Below, piece after piece: positions 10,241 to 19,536 of a stretch of 64,000 nucleotides of DNA. Source of the stretch: Candidatus Peribacter sp. (lineage in GTDB: Bacteria > Patescibacteriota > Gracilibacteria > Peribacterales > Peribacteraceae); NCBI GenBank assembly GCA_018652955.1, contig JABIBA010000013.1, forward strand, positions 232,121 to 296,120, written 5' to 3'. A program made the position numbers and the translations under genes. Below the pieces are notes generated by a model that saw only the letters and a program-made list of their open reading frames with translations, was not told where the DNA came from and did not search any database. Within the stretch, counting starts at the first letter, position 1; every line of letters begins with the position of its first letter.

Positions 10241-11122
10241 TTAAAGCCCTTGGGCATATGGCAATACTAGGCGCAAGCCTGTATCCGATTTTTGCACACG
10301 TGGCTCTCCCATTGCCGTTGCAGATTCAACTTTTTCTTTTGCAGCTTTTAAGAGTGCTATTGTCTGCGTTACATGATCTTGGTCGAGATATGCAAAACCC
10401 TTTTTAGCTTCTTCTTCCTCCAACATTTGTTCAATAGTGTGTGCAAACAATGTGCGTACTTGTGCGTCAGAAACGTCTGTCAGTAATGCACGAGAGATTC
10501 GATGTGCAAAGCTCAATTGACTCCCAGCGAGAATCAGGCGTCGCTCTTCTTCGTCCATGCTCTCTTCATATACTGGTTGAATTTCAGAATTATTTACGTC
10601 GAGGTCTACAATTTTTTTGCCAATAAGTGCAGATAATTTGAGCCGTAGACCATATGTCATTAAGAAGCTCTCTCCAGGGTGTAAGCCAATATCTTTTACA
10701 GTATTTGGTCTGCTTACTTTCTCTCTAGGAAGAGAAACAGTACTTGTTCTTGATCCCATTTTTACTCCTACATGTTCATTCAGATTTGTAATCATTTGAT
10801 CACGCAATGGCTCAGAAGTACTTTGACGTCTTTCATATGCTGTCATGCGTAGCGAAAATTCTTCACATGCTTGTTCTAAGACTTGTTGTATTTCATCACT
10901 GTTATCACTGTCTACAGAATGATGTACTTCTAAAATATCATGTTTAAACTTATCCTCTGCACCGAACTCAAAACTCCATCTTCCTGCTCCTATCTTCCCT
11001 GTTTGCTTTCGTAGCCAATTTACAGATGCTTCTGCAGATCTGCTGCTTTTCTCGTTTCTATGCTCTGGAATAGGTCCATTATTTTCCCTATCCCATTGTA
11101 TGTATTCTGCTGTGTAACTCAT
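10241..11122 (-). CDS. hypothetical protein
   Basis: 293 aa ORF with a near-consensus promoter. Confidence 0.65.
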   Translation of the reverse strand: MSYTAEYIQWDRENNGPIPEHRNEKSSRSAEASVNWLRKQTGKIGAGRWSFEFGAEDKFKHDILEVHHSVDSDNSDEIQQVLEQACEEFSLRMTAYERRQSTSEPLRDQMITNLNEHVGVKMGSRTSTVSLPREKVSRPNTVKDIGLHPGESFLMTYGLRLKLSALIGKKIVDLDVNNSEIQPVYEESMDEEERRLILAGSQLSFAHRISRALLTDVSDAQVRTLFAHTIEQMLEEEEAKKGFAYLDQDHVTQTIALLKAAKEKVESATAMGEPRVQKSDTGLRLVLPYAQGL

Positions 11123-11128
11123 TGATGT

Positions 11129-11156
11129 ATTTTAAATCATTTTTTATATATGTCAA
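11129..11156 (-). promoter_or_regulatory. sigma70 promoter TTGACA-N16-TAAAAT, 6 nt before ATG (leaderless)
   Basis: Read directly on the minus strand. Confidence 0.75.
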
Positions 11157-11185
11157 ATACAAAAAACGATTCAAACAGCTTTTAT

Positions 11186-11214
11186 TTGCCGAATAGAGGC
11201 AATATTTCTACACT
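11186..11214 (+). promoter_or_regulatory. guaA promoter TTGCCG-N17-TACACT, 6 nt before ATG (leaderless)
   Basis: Read directly. Confidence 0.65.
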
Positions 11215-11220
11215 GCATCT

Positions 11221-13002
11221 ATGGAACACAATAAATCCATCGTTGTCCTCGATTTCGGAGGACAGTACGCGCACCTCATAGCGCGTAGAGTACGTCAATG
11301 CGGCGTATATTCGGAGATTAAGGATGCAGAGACTTCCGCAGAGGAACTCAAAGGCGCTGCAGGAATCATCCTCTCTGGAGGGCCTCAAAGTGTGTATGAC
11401 CCAAAAAGTCCTCAGGGAGATCCTGCACTATTTGATCTTGGCATCCCAGTACTTGGTATTTGCTATGGATTGCATTGGATGACAAAGGCACTAGGAGGAG
11501 AGGTTTCTGAGGGGAAGACGAAAGAGTACGGAAAGACAAAGATACATATAGAAGATAGCGAGTGGAGTGAGGCTGACGGTATTCCACAAGATTTGACAGT
11601 CTGGATGAGTCACGGAGATGAGGTATCTAAACTTCCTGATGGGTTTACGCGCGTAGCTACATCCGATGCGTGTGCAAATGCAGGATTTACTCACAAAGAA
11701 AAAAAATTCTTTGCAGTACAGTTTCATCCAGAGGTAACGCATACGGAATACGGAGAGCAAATGCTCGCAAACTTTGTAAAGCAATGTGATGCTGATCCGT
11801 GGAGTATCAAAAGTTATACAGAACACATTGGAGAGTACCTCAAAAAAGAAGTGGGAGATCGCAAAGTATTTATGCTGGTGTCTGGTGGAGTAGATAGTAC
11901 TGTCGCATTTGTATTGCTCAATAAAGTTCTTGGAGAAGATCGTGTACAGGGGCTGTATGTCGACACAGGAATGATGAGGAAAGATGAGACAGTGCAGATC
12001 AAGAAAGCCTTTGATGCACTAGGAATTAATAATCTTCGTATCGAAGATGCATCAGAATACTTTATTAAAAAACTTACCGAAGTGTATGAGCCAGAAGCAA
12101 AGCGATGGATTATTGGTGATGCATTTTTGTCAGTACAAAAACGAGTGAGTGAAGAGATGAATTTAAAAATGGAAGATGGATGGATGCTCGGACAAGGAAC
12201 AATTTATCCTGATACGATCGAGACAGGGGAGACTAAGAACGCGGATAAAATTAAAACACATCACAACAGAATTCCTGAGATTCAAAAAATGATGGAAGAA
12301 GGATTTGTTGTAGAGCCACTTCGAGAACTCTATAAAGATGAAGTACGTGCACTCGGGGAAGAGCTTGGCTTGCCGCATGATCTTGTATGGAGGCATCCGT
12401 TCCCAGGTCCAGGTCTAGGGGTGCGTATTCTCTGTGCCAAAGAAGCAGAGCACGCCACTGATACATTAGATATTTCTATCGCACATGCACCACTTCCTAT
12501 TAAGTCTGTAGGAGTGCAGGGTGACGGAAGAAGTTACCGGCACGCTGTTGCACTCTTTAACGATCAGAAATTTGCAAATGCGGAGTGTTGGGATCTTTCG
12601 ACATCTATTCCGAATGCATCAGAAGATTTCAATCGCGTACTTATGTGTACTTCGCATACGAGTGCTCCGGAGTTTGTGTTTTCTCCAGGATACATCACTG
12701 CATCTCGAGCAGAAATATTGCGTGATGCCGATGCCATTGCTCACGAAGAGATGGTGAAGGCAGGACTCTATGAATCTATCTGGCAGTTCCCTGTGGTACT
12801 GCTCCCATTTGGAACAACCGAAGGAGGAGTGTCGATTGTACTGCGGCCTGTAGAAAGCCAAGAGGCGATGACGGCGAATGCTGTAGATCTTCCAAAAGAA
12901 GTAGTAGTAAGCATGACGAAGCGATTGCTTTCCCTAGACGGCGTCGACATCGTATTTCAGGATCTTACGCATAAGCCACCAGGGACCATAGAATGGGAGT
13001 AG
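11221..13002 (+). CDS. guaA: GMP synthase (glutamine-hydrolysing)
   Basis: LDFGGQY, GICYG, QFHPEV, SGGVDS, QGTIYPD, IKTHHN, RHPFPGPGLGVR, KPPGTIEWE. Confidence 0.97.
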   Translation: MEHNKSIVVLDFGGQYAHLIARRVRQCGVYSEIKDAETSAEELKGAAGIILSGGPQSVYDPKSPQGDPALFDLGIPVLGICYGLHWMTKALGGEVSEGKTKEYGKTKIHIEDSEWSEADGIPQDLTVWMSHGDEVSKLPDGFTRVATSDACANAGFTHKEKKFFAVQFHPEVTHTEYGEQMLANFVKQCDADPWSIKSYTEHIGEYLKKEVGDRKVFMLVSGGVDSTVAFVLLNKVLGEDRVQGLYVDTGMMRKDETVQIKKAFDALGINNLRIEDASEYFIKKLTEVYEPEAKRWIIGDAFLSVQKRVSEEMNLKMEDGWMLGQGTIYPDTIETGETKNADKIKTHHNRIPEIQKMMEEGFVVEPLRELYKDEVRALGEELGLPHDLVWRHPFPGPGLGVRILCAKEAEHATDTLDISIAHAPLPIKSVGVQGDGRSYRHAVALFNDQKFANAECWDLSTSIPNASEDFNRVLMCTSHTSAPEFVFSPGYITASRAEILRDADAIAHEEMVKAGLYESIWQFPVVLLPFGTTEGGVSIVLRPVESQEAMTANAVDLPKEVVVSMTKRLLSLDGVDIVFQDLTHKPPGTIEWE

Positions 13003-13020
13003 AGTGTCAAGATTAAATGC

Positions 13021-13045
13021 GTAACGCTGGACCTATTTAGTCGTT
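13021..13045 (+). promoter_or_regulatory. putative ECF sigma promoter GTAAC-N16-CGTT upstream of the ECF sigma gene
   Basis: The same motif with identical spacing recurs at 13658-13682. Confidence 0.65.
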
Positions 13046-13069
13046 TGTATGTTAGAATATGGCATCTCT

Positions 13070-13654
13070 ATGAATGATATTGATATTCAGCAAAAGGTTC
13101 TCCCAGAGTACGTACGACGTGCTCAGGAAGGCTGTACGGAGTCTTTTAGTAAGATCTACGATATGTATTTCTTGCAGGTGTACCGCTATACTGCCTTTAG
13201 AGTGCCAAACGAGGTAGCTGAGGACTTGGTAGCAGACATCTTTGTAAAAGCATGGGAAAAGCTCCATACGTACCAAGAACGTAAGAATGTGCCATTTGCG
13301 GCGTGGTTATTCCGTATTGCCCGCCACAAGGTTATCGACTCCTATAGAACACACCGTGGGTTTGAGGAAATCCCAGAAGAGCTGATAGATAGAGATGTCT
13401 TTAATAAAGCTGATACAAAGGTAGGACGTGATGAGATGCTCAAGATGGTTAATGCTTCTATGGAGCATCTACCTGCTAGATACCGTGAAGTACTCCTCTT
13501 GTCGTATATGGCAGATCTTCCTCACAGCGAAATAGCTCGTGTATTGCATATTACAGAGGGTGCTGTGCGCATCCTTAAGCATCGAGCCCTTAAGAAGCTC
13601 GAAGTTCTTTTGCCAGAAAATATCAAAGAATATCGTGCTGTTTATGCCATTTAA
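13070..13654 (+). CDS. ECF RNA polymerase sigma factor
   Basis: AEDLVADIFVKAW, FAAWLFRIARH, region-4 HTH (SEIARVLHITEGAVRILKHRA); alternative start 13049. Confidence 0.93.
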   Translation: MNDIDIQQKVLPEYVRRAQEGCTESFSKIYDMYFLQVYRYTAFRVPNEVAEDLVADIFVKAWEKLHTYQERKNVPFAAWLFRIARHKVIDSYRTHRGFEEIPEELIDRDVFNKADTKVGRDEMLKMVNASMEHLPARYREVLLLSYMADLPHSEIARVLHITEGAVRILKHRALKKLEVLLPENIKEYRAVYAI

Positions 13655-13657
13655 TGT

Positions 13658-13682
13658 GTAACAGAAGCCAATTAACCTCGTT
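13658..13682 (+). promoter_or_regulatory. putative ECF sigma promoter GTAAC-N16-CGTT upstream of the anti-sigma gene
   Basis: Duplicate of the 13021-13045 motif; 11 nt before ATG 13694. Confidence 0.65.
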
Positions 13683-13693
13683 ATAACTATCAC

Positions 13694-15616
13694 ATGACTC
13701 CAGAAAAGTTCCTCAAAGGCCTCCAAAAAGATCTTCACCCGAGTGCAGATCTAAAAGCCAGAATACAGAAGTCTGTGCAGTCACGTATTACATCTGAAAG
13801 TCCGCTGTTTTCAGATCTTCGATCTGCTGTTACACCTAAAAAGGTATTACAGAAAACAGTATGGAGTCGTATCTCTTCTCAGATTGAATTACCTCAAGCA
13901 GATACGTTTACACGTATCAAGATTGCCTTCCAGCCATCTGCAGAACTTAAAGAACAGATCAAGGCACGCGTCCTAGCAAGCCTTGAGCCTGTGCAACAAA
14001 TTGCATACTGGCCACTGACGCTCAAATGGACTGCTGCGTTTGCGCTCTTTGGGATTCTAGTCCGCATTAGCCCAATGCTCTTTATAGCTTCTCCTACTGT
14101 TGCTGACACAGAGGCGTTACTTATCCCTACTACAGGTAATGTATATGTTTCTGTCGAAGGAATGCAGGTAGAGGTTGAAAGACAGATGACACTTTTACCG
14201 GGGATGATGATTCAGACCGGTGAAGGTGAGGTAACGTTTATTTTAAATGACGATGGCGCAGCGCGACTTGCTCCTTATACAACAGTAACAATTAATGATG
14301 TTTCTGACAGACTTGAGGTCGCGTCGGAAATATTACCAAGCATTACATTACATAGTGGTAAATTGTGGATGTATGGCATCACGCCAAAGCCAACACGTCA
14401 GCTTGCAGTAAAGACTCGTAATGGTTTGGTTGCTGTTAACGAAGGAAGTGTATCGATTGCTGTTGAGGATGAGGTTGCGGTAGAAGTATTTGATAGAAGC
14501 GCTACTGTGTATCGCAATGGAGAGCCAACATTTTTAACATCTGGTGAACGTATTGCACTTTCTGATGACAAGGTTCTTCTTGTTAAGAAAATTCCAGCCA
14601 AATGGTATCAGTACACTTGGGCAGATCAGAACCTTAAACGTGATGCGGTACATCGTCATGACATCGCACAGATGCAGCACGAGCGTCGTATTGCACAGGC
14701 GGGCATTCTGCCAAGTTCTCCTATGTACAATGTAAAACGTTTTGCAGAGCTCATGGATTTGTGGATGACATTTGGCCAAGAAGAGAGCTTGAAAAAGCAG
14801 TTACAGGTAGCAGAGAACAGACTTAATGAAGCTGCAGCACTTATCTACAATGGAGATGAGGCAGGTATTGTTCTCGAGGAATACCGTGACACATTGCAGG
14901 CTATTGCTGGTGGTGAACATCACGGAAGCCTCGCAGAGTTCCTCGTTCAACGTGCACTCGTAGAATCTGCAGCGCAGATGTCTGCAGCACTTCCTGGAGA
15001 TGAGTCGTATGTTATTAAAAAGATGGTATTAGAAACAAGTGCAGAACTATCTGACGGTCTTGCAAGGCAAGAAGACGCTCAGGGAACACTACTGATTGAT
15101 GGACTAGCTGTCATGATGCGATCTGCAGATGAAGGACGTATTGATCTTGTACAGTCTGTGTGGTCTGACTTGCACCCGTACGTATTGACGCTAGAAAATG
15201 AAGAGCTCTCACTAGACCCTGCTATCTATAAAGAAGCAAAAATGCTTCTTTCGTTCTTAGCATCGTCTCTGCATATTGCTAACAAGCGTGGAGCTTCAGT
15301 AGATCCAGAACTTCTTGATGATATTGCGATGTATCTTCCTGCACCTAAAGACACTACAGATGTTTCTCTTTCCGAAGAGGAGGTAATGCATATTGTTATG
15401 ACGATCAAAGAAAAGATTTTTGTGTACCACATGACACAGTCTCGTATTAATCAGTTCATTGCAGAGATCAAGGCATTGAATGGTCACCCAGACCAAGGGC
15501 GTATCTTGCGTCGATTGGCACTCAACTTGCCTGATGGACCAGAAAGCTTCCCTCAGAGGGTATACAAAGAGATCGTGAAGCTACGATGGGAATATGCAGC
15601 GGGAGAAGTCATATAA
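13694..15616 (+). CDS. putative anti-sigma factor (TM, FecR-like beta domain, DUF5667-like helical domain)
   Basis: Follows the ECF sigma; one TM; IQTGEGEVTFILNDDGAARLAP (FecR-like); AGILPSSPMYNVKRFAE...AENRLNEA (DUF5667-like). Confidence 0.7.
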   Translation: MTPEKFLKGLQKDLHPSADLKARIQKSVQSRITSESPLFSDLRSAVTPKKVLQKTVWSRISSQIELPQADTFTRIKIAFQPSAELKEQIKARVLASLEPVQQIAYWPLTLKWTAAFALFGILVRISPMLFIASPTVADTEALLIPTTGNVYVSVEGMQVEVERQMTLLPGMMIQTGEGEVTFILNDDGAARLAPYTTVTINDVSDRLEVASEILPSITLHSGKLWMYGITPKPTRQLAVKTRNGLVAVNEGSVSIAVEDEVAVEVFDRSATVYRNGEPTFLTSGERIALSDDKVLLVKKIPAKWYQYTWADQNLKRDAVHRHDIAQMQHERRIAQAGILPSSPMYNVKRFAELMDLWMTFGQEESLKKQLQVAENRLNEAAALIYNGDEAGIVLEEYRDTLQAIAGGEHHGSLAEFLVQRALVESAAQMSAALPGDESYVIKKMVLETSAELSDGLARQEDAQGTLLIDGLAVMMRSADEGRIDLVQSVWSDLHPYVLTLENEELSLDPAIYKEAKMLLSFLASSLHIANKRGASVDPELLDDIAMYLPAPKDTTDVSLSEEEVMHIVMTIKEKIFVYHMTQSRINQFIAEIKALNGHPDQGRILRRLALNLPDGPESFPQRVYKEIVKLRWEYAAGEVI

Positions 15617-15655
15617 TTAGTGGATCATCACCATTAAATAGTGAATACTGTGATT

Positions 15656-16216
15656 ATGTACTCAATCGCAGAACTTAAGAAAGGCCGAGCAATCATAGTA
15701 GATGGAGACCCGTATCTTATTACGTGGAATCAGTTTTCTAAAGCTGCTCGTCAGGGTGGTGTGATGGCGACGAAGATGAAGAACCTTAAGTCAGGTTCTG
15801 TTATTCAAAAAACATTCCAGGGAAACGATAAGCTTGCACCTGCGGATGTTGGGTATCGTAAAGTGCAGTATCTATACGGAGATGGATCGAGTTTTACTTT
15901 TATGGATCTCAGTTCGTATGATCAGTTTGAACTTACAGAGGATATGCTAGGTGATAGTGTAAAATTCCTCTCCGAAGGACAGGAGTTAGATGCAATGGTG
16001 TTCGAAGAAATTCCAATCGGGATAAAATTACCTCCAACAATTGATGTAAAGGTAGTCGAGACTATTCCAGGAGTTAAAGGAGATACAGCAACTGGCGGAA
16101 CAAAGCCTGCAACGCTAGAGTCTGGAATTACGGTAAACGTTCCTTTGTTTATTAACGAAGGAGACAACGTCAAAGTAAACACAGAGAGTGGTGAGTATAT
16201 GAGTCGAGTAGACTAA
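15656..16216 (+). CDS. efp: translation elongation factor P
   Basis: QYLYGDG, FMD, PGVKGDTATGGTKPATLESG, VPLFINEGD, GEYMSRV. Confidence 0.96.
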   Translation: MYSIAELKKGRAIIVDGDPYLITWNQFSKAARQGGVMATKMKNLKSGSVIQKTFQGNDKLAPADVGYRKVQYLYGDGSSFTFMDLSSYDQFELTEDMLGDSVKFLSEGQELDAMVFEEIPIGIKLPPTIDVKVVETIPGVKGDTATGGTKPATLESGITVNVPLFINEGDNVKVNTESGEYMSRVD

Positions 16217-17649
16217 ATCTTCTTCTTTAAGATCTCGTTTACTTTTCCAGGGTTCGCTTGGCCTTTTGATTCTTTCATGACAAAGCCAACAATAGCTCCG
16301 AGGGCTTTCTCGTTACCACCCTTGTAGTCCTCAATGGCTTTAGGATTCGCGTCGATAGCTTGCTGTACAAGATCTTCGATCGCTCCGTCATCAGAGATTT
16401 GCTGCATGCCTTCTGCTTCAATAATCGTAGAGGCATTCTTGCCAGTCTCTACCATCTTCTGAAGCACGTCTTTTCCTGCATTAGAGGAGATAGTTCCATC
16501 ATCGATCTTTCCTACAAGCTCGAGCATTGCATCTGCATCTGGGCCTTCGGCTACTTCTTTTTCTGCAGCATTTAAGAATCCTAGAAGCTGAGTAAGCACC
16601 AAGCTTGATGCACGCTTTGCGTCTGTCTTGCTGCGGATAGCTTCGAACATTGTTTGTAGTGTAGATTGATCTATTAGCTGTAGAGCCTGCTTCTCATCGA
16701 GTCCTAGGCTTATGTATTCATCTTTAAGCTCTCTTGGAAGCTTAGGCAGCGATGCTGCAATCACATCGATTTCTTTTTGATCAAACTCGAGTGGTGGAAT
16801 ATCTGGTTCTGGGAAGTATCGGTAGTCATCTGCGGTTTCTTTATCACGCAGCATCTTTGTTTTACCTTCGTCATCTATCCATCCAACAGTGATATCACCT
16901 GGCAGTGGACCATCTGTATCCCAGTGTTTTCGCAGCCTCTTTTCTTCGTATTGCAGAGCACGCTCGAGAGACTTAAACGAGTTGAGGTTTTTAATTTCAC
17001 TTCGTGGGTTTAGCTTCTCAGTTCCTTTTTCTCTTAAAGAGATCGATGCATCAAAACGCATCATTCCTTTAAACATATCTGCTTCAGAAGCTTTAACTGC
17101 GATTAGTATTCTTCGTAACTCCTGTGCGAAGGCAACAGCCTCATCTGCACTGCGGAGATCTGGCTCAGTCACAATTTCCATAAGCGGTGTTCCTGCACGG
17201 TTGTAGTCACAGAGAGTTGTACTTCCTTTGTGCGTAAGTTTTCCTGCATCGTTTTCCATGTGGAGTCTCGTGATGCCACATTCTTTACTTTCGGTTACGT
17301 TTCCTGATGTATCAAACATGTCATATGTAACAGCTCCCTTACTAGAGAGTGGGAAGTCATACTGAGAAATCTGAAATCCCATTGGAAGATCTGGATAGAA
17401 GTAGTGCTTACGATCAAAGTGATTACTTAAGTTGATACTGCATCCAATCGCGAGTGATGCCTTGATAGCTTTTTCTATAGCAGTAGCATTTGGAACAGGA
17501 AGAGTACCGGGGTGTCCCATGCAAATAGGGCAGACAGTTGTATTCGGTTGCTTTCCGAATGCATCGTTATCACACCCGCAGAACATCTTCGTCTTTGTGC
17601 TCATCTGGGCATGTACTTCTAGGCCAATGATTACTTCCAAGTCAGACAT
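16213..17649 (-). CDS. gatB: Asp/Glu-tRNA amidotransferase subunit B
   Basis: IIGLEVHAQ, RKHYFYPDLP, NRAGTPLMEIVTEPD, EIKNLNSF, DYRYFPEPD. Confidence 0.97.
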   Translation of the reverse strand: MSDLEVIIGLEVHAQMSTKTKMFCGCDNDAFGKQPNTTVCPICMGHPGTLPVPNATAIEKAIKASLAIGCSINLSNHFDRKHYFYPDLPMGFQISQYDFPLSSKGAVTYDMFDTSGNVTESKECGITRLHMENDAGKLTHKGSTTLCDYNRAGTPLMEIVTEPDLRSADEAVAFAQELRRILIAVKASEADMFKGMMRFDASISLREKGTEKLNPRSEIKNLNSFKSLERALQYEEKRLRKHWDTDGPLPGDITVGWIDDEGKTKMLRDKETADDYRYFPEPDIPPLEFDQKEIDVIAASLPKLPRELKDEYISLGLDEKQALQLIDQSTLQTMFEAIRSKTDAKRASSLVLTQLLGFLNAAEKEVAEGPDADAMLELVGKIDDGTISSNAGKDVLQKMVETGKNASTIIEAEGMQQISDDGAIEDLVQQAIDANPKAIEDYKGGNEKALGAIVGFVMKESKGQANPGKVNEILKKKI

Positions 17650-18089
17650 TATTTGTAGTCTACAATTAAAATTCCATTAAGGTGATCAATTTCATGCTGA
17701 ACTACACGAGCATCTAAGTCATGAAGCTTACGTTCTTGTTCTACTCCTTTTTCGTCGATATATCGGACTGTTATCTCAACTGGGCGAGTAACATCCACAT
17801 TGATCTTTGGAAGGCTGAGACACCCTTCCTCCATAGTACTCGTCTCTTCACTCTTCCAGATAACCTTTGGATTTACGAGGGGAGTCATCTTTCCATTAAA
17901 ATTTGCAAGACAGAGACGAATGGATTTGCCAACCTGAGGTGCTGCAAGCCCAAGCCCTTCTGCTTTTTTTACGGCTTGTTGCATGTCTTTAATAAGGTTT
18001 TTAACCTCTTTGGTAACCTGAGGGATCTTAGCGGCAACTGTCCTTAGTACCTCAGTATCCTGGCCTGTGACTATACGAAGTTTAGCCAT
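17649..18089 (-). CDS. def: peptide deformylase
   Basis: GLGLAAPQVG, EGCLS, QHEIDHLNG. Confidence 0.96.
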   Translation of the reverse strand: MAKLRIVTGQDTEVLRTVAAKIPQVTKEVKNLIKDMQQAVKKAEGLGLAAPQVGKSIRLCLANFNGKMTPLVNPKVIWKSEETSTMEEGCLSLPKINVDVTRPVEITVRYIDEKGVEQERKLHDLDARVVQHEIDHLNGILIVDYK

Positions 18090-18670
18090 TACGCCACCAT
18101 TCTCTGTTTTCCAGCGAGTTTTCGCAACTGTTCTGGGGTGTTTATATTATTGTCTTCTATCATCTTTAATAATGCCTGAGCGGTCATAAGGACATCTGGC
18201 ATCGCTCTGTGACGGTCTTTGGGCATAGGAATAGAGAGTCTTGCTGCAAGAGAGTCGAGGTTATGACGGAATTCACTTGGGTAGAGGCAGCGACTAAGGC
18301 GCATTGTGCAGAGACATTCTGGCATTTCGATGTATCCCCAGCAGAGCTCTTTTTCTGTGAGTAAGAAGTTCATATCGAAATCACAGTTATGCGCTACTAA
18401 GATAGAGCCTTTTGCAAATTCTAAAAACTGCGGTAGCACTTGGTCGATTGTTTGCGCTCCCGCAACGTCACTATCTTCAATGTGGTTAACGCGTTTTGCT
18501 TCCCATGGAATGCTCCGCTCGGGGTTTACGTATTTAACAAAAGAAAGATCTTCACGAATAACACCATCTTCGATGCGCACTCCTGCAATCTCAATAATTT
18601 TGTCGCCCTTACGAGGGTCGAGCCCAGTGGTCTCTGTATCGAATACGGTGAACGAAGGTAGTTGTGACAT
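18089..18670 (-). CDS. DEDDh 3'-5' exonuclease (DnaQ/epsilon-like)
   Basis: VFDTETTG, VAHNCDFD, HRAMPD. Confidence 0.92.
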   Translation of the reverse strand: MSQLPSFTVFDTETTGLDPRKGDKIIEIAGVRIEDGVIREDLSFVKYVNPERSIPWEAKRVNHIEDSDVAGAQTIDQVLPQFLEFAKGSILVAHNCDFDMNFLLTEKELCWGYIEMPECLCTMRLSRCLYPSEFRHNLDSLAARLSIPMPKDRHRAMPDVLMTAQALLKMIEDNNINTPEQLRKLAGKQRMVA

Positions 18671-18774
18671 CGGTGATTTACTATATCTGATTTAAGCTGT
18701 GACGCTAGCGAGTTTGGTTGACGTTCGACATGTAATGGTTGGAAGGTTTGGTGCTTTGATGGTTTAATCTTCTC

Positions 18775-19473
18775 ATGTCGCAAGAACCTATCACGACTGT
18801 TTCGATTGTTAGCAAATTGTCGAAACGGTATCCGGCAGCCGAATGCACACTCGATTGGAATACGCCGCTAGAGTTACTGGTGTCTACCATGCTTGCTGCA
18901 CAGTGCACAGACAAGCGTGTGAACCAAGTTGGTAAAACGTTGTACCAGAAATACAAATGCCCAGAGGACTTTTTAAAAGTTTCTCAGGAGGAACTTGAAG
19001 TGGATATTCATTCATGTGGTTCATTTCGCGTTAAAGCGCGAGCCATTCAGGAGACGTGTACTACAATCATAAATGACTTTGACGGAGAAGTTCCGCGTAC
19101 CATGAAACAGATGCTGACATTACGCGGTGTCGGTCGCAAGACTGCTGCGGTCGTGTTGCATACTGCCTTCGGTGTCGTCGAAGGCATTCCTATTGATACA
19201 CATAACATTAGACTTCTTAACCGTCTTGGACTTGCAGATTCTCAAAACCAAGACAAAATTGAGCTGCAAATGATGGAGACAACTCCGAAGAAAGATTGGC
19301 CAAAACTTTCACATTTATTAGTGGCTCATGGACGTGCTGTTTGCAGTGCTAGAAACAGGGATTGTCCAAATTGTCCTTTCCAAGAAAATTGCCCTTCTTC
19401 GCAAACACAAGGTAAAACAGACCTATGGAAAGGTAAAAAAACATCAAAAGTGAGGAAGATTACAACTCGGTAA
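18775..19473 (+). CDS. nth: endonuclease III
   Basis: LAAQCTDKRVN, HhH LRGVGRKTA, IDTH, C-x6-C-x2-C-x5-C 4Fe-4S motif. Confidence 0.95.
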   Translation: MSQEPITTVSIVSKLSKRYPAAECTLDWNTPLELLVSTMLAAQCTDKRVNQVGKTLYQKYKCPEDFLKVSQEELEVDIHSCGSFRVKARAIQETCTTIINDFDGEVPRTMKQMLTLRGVGRKTAAVVLHTAFGVVEGIPIDTHNIRLLNRLGLADSQNQDKIELQMMETTPKKDWPKLSHLLVAHGRAVCSARNRDCPNCPFQENCPSSQTQGKTDLWKGKKTSKVRKITTR

Positions 19474-19482
19474 AAAGCGCAC

Positions 19483-19510
19483 TTGATCTGATCTCAGATC
19501 TCCATACAAT
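19483..19510 (+). promoter_or_regulatory. promoter TTGATC-N16-TACAAT overlapped by the palindrome GATCTGA-TC-TCAGATC
   Basis: Perfect 7-bp inverted repeat at 19485-19500. Confidence 0.55.
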
Positions 19511-19536
19511 GACGATATTCAATACCCCATATTTTT

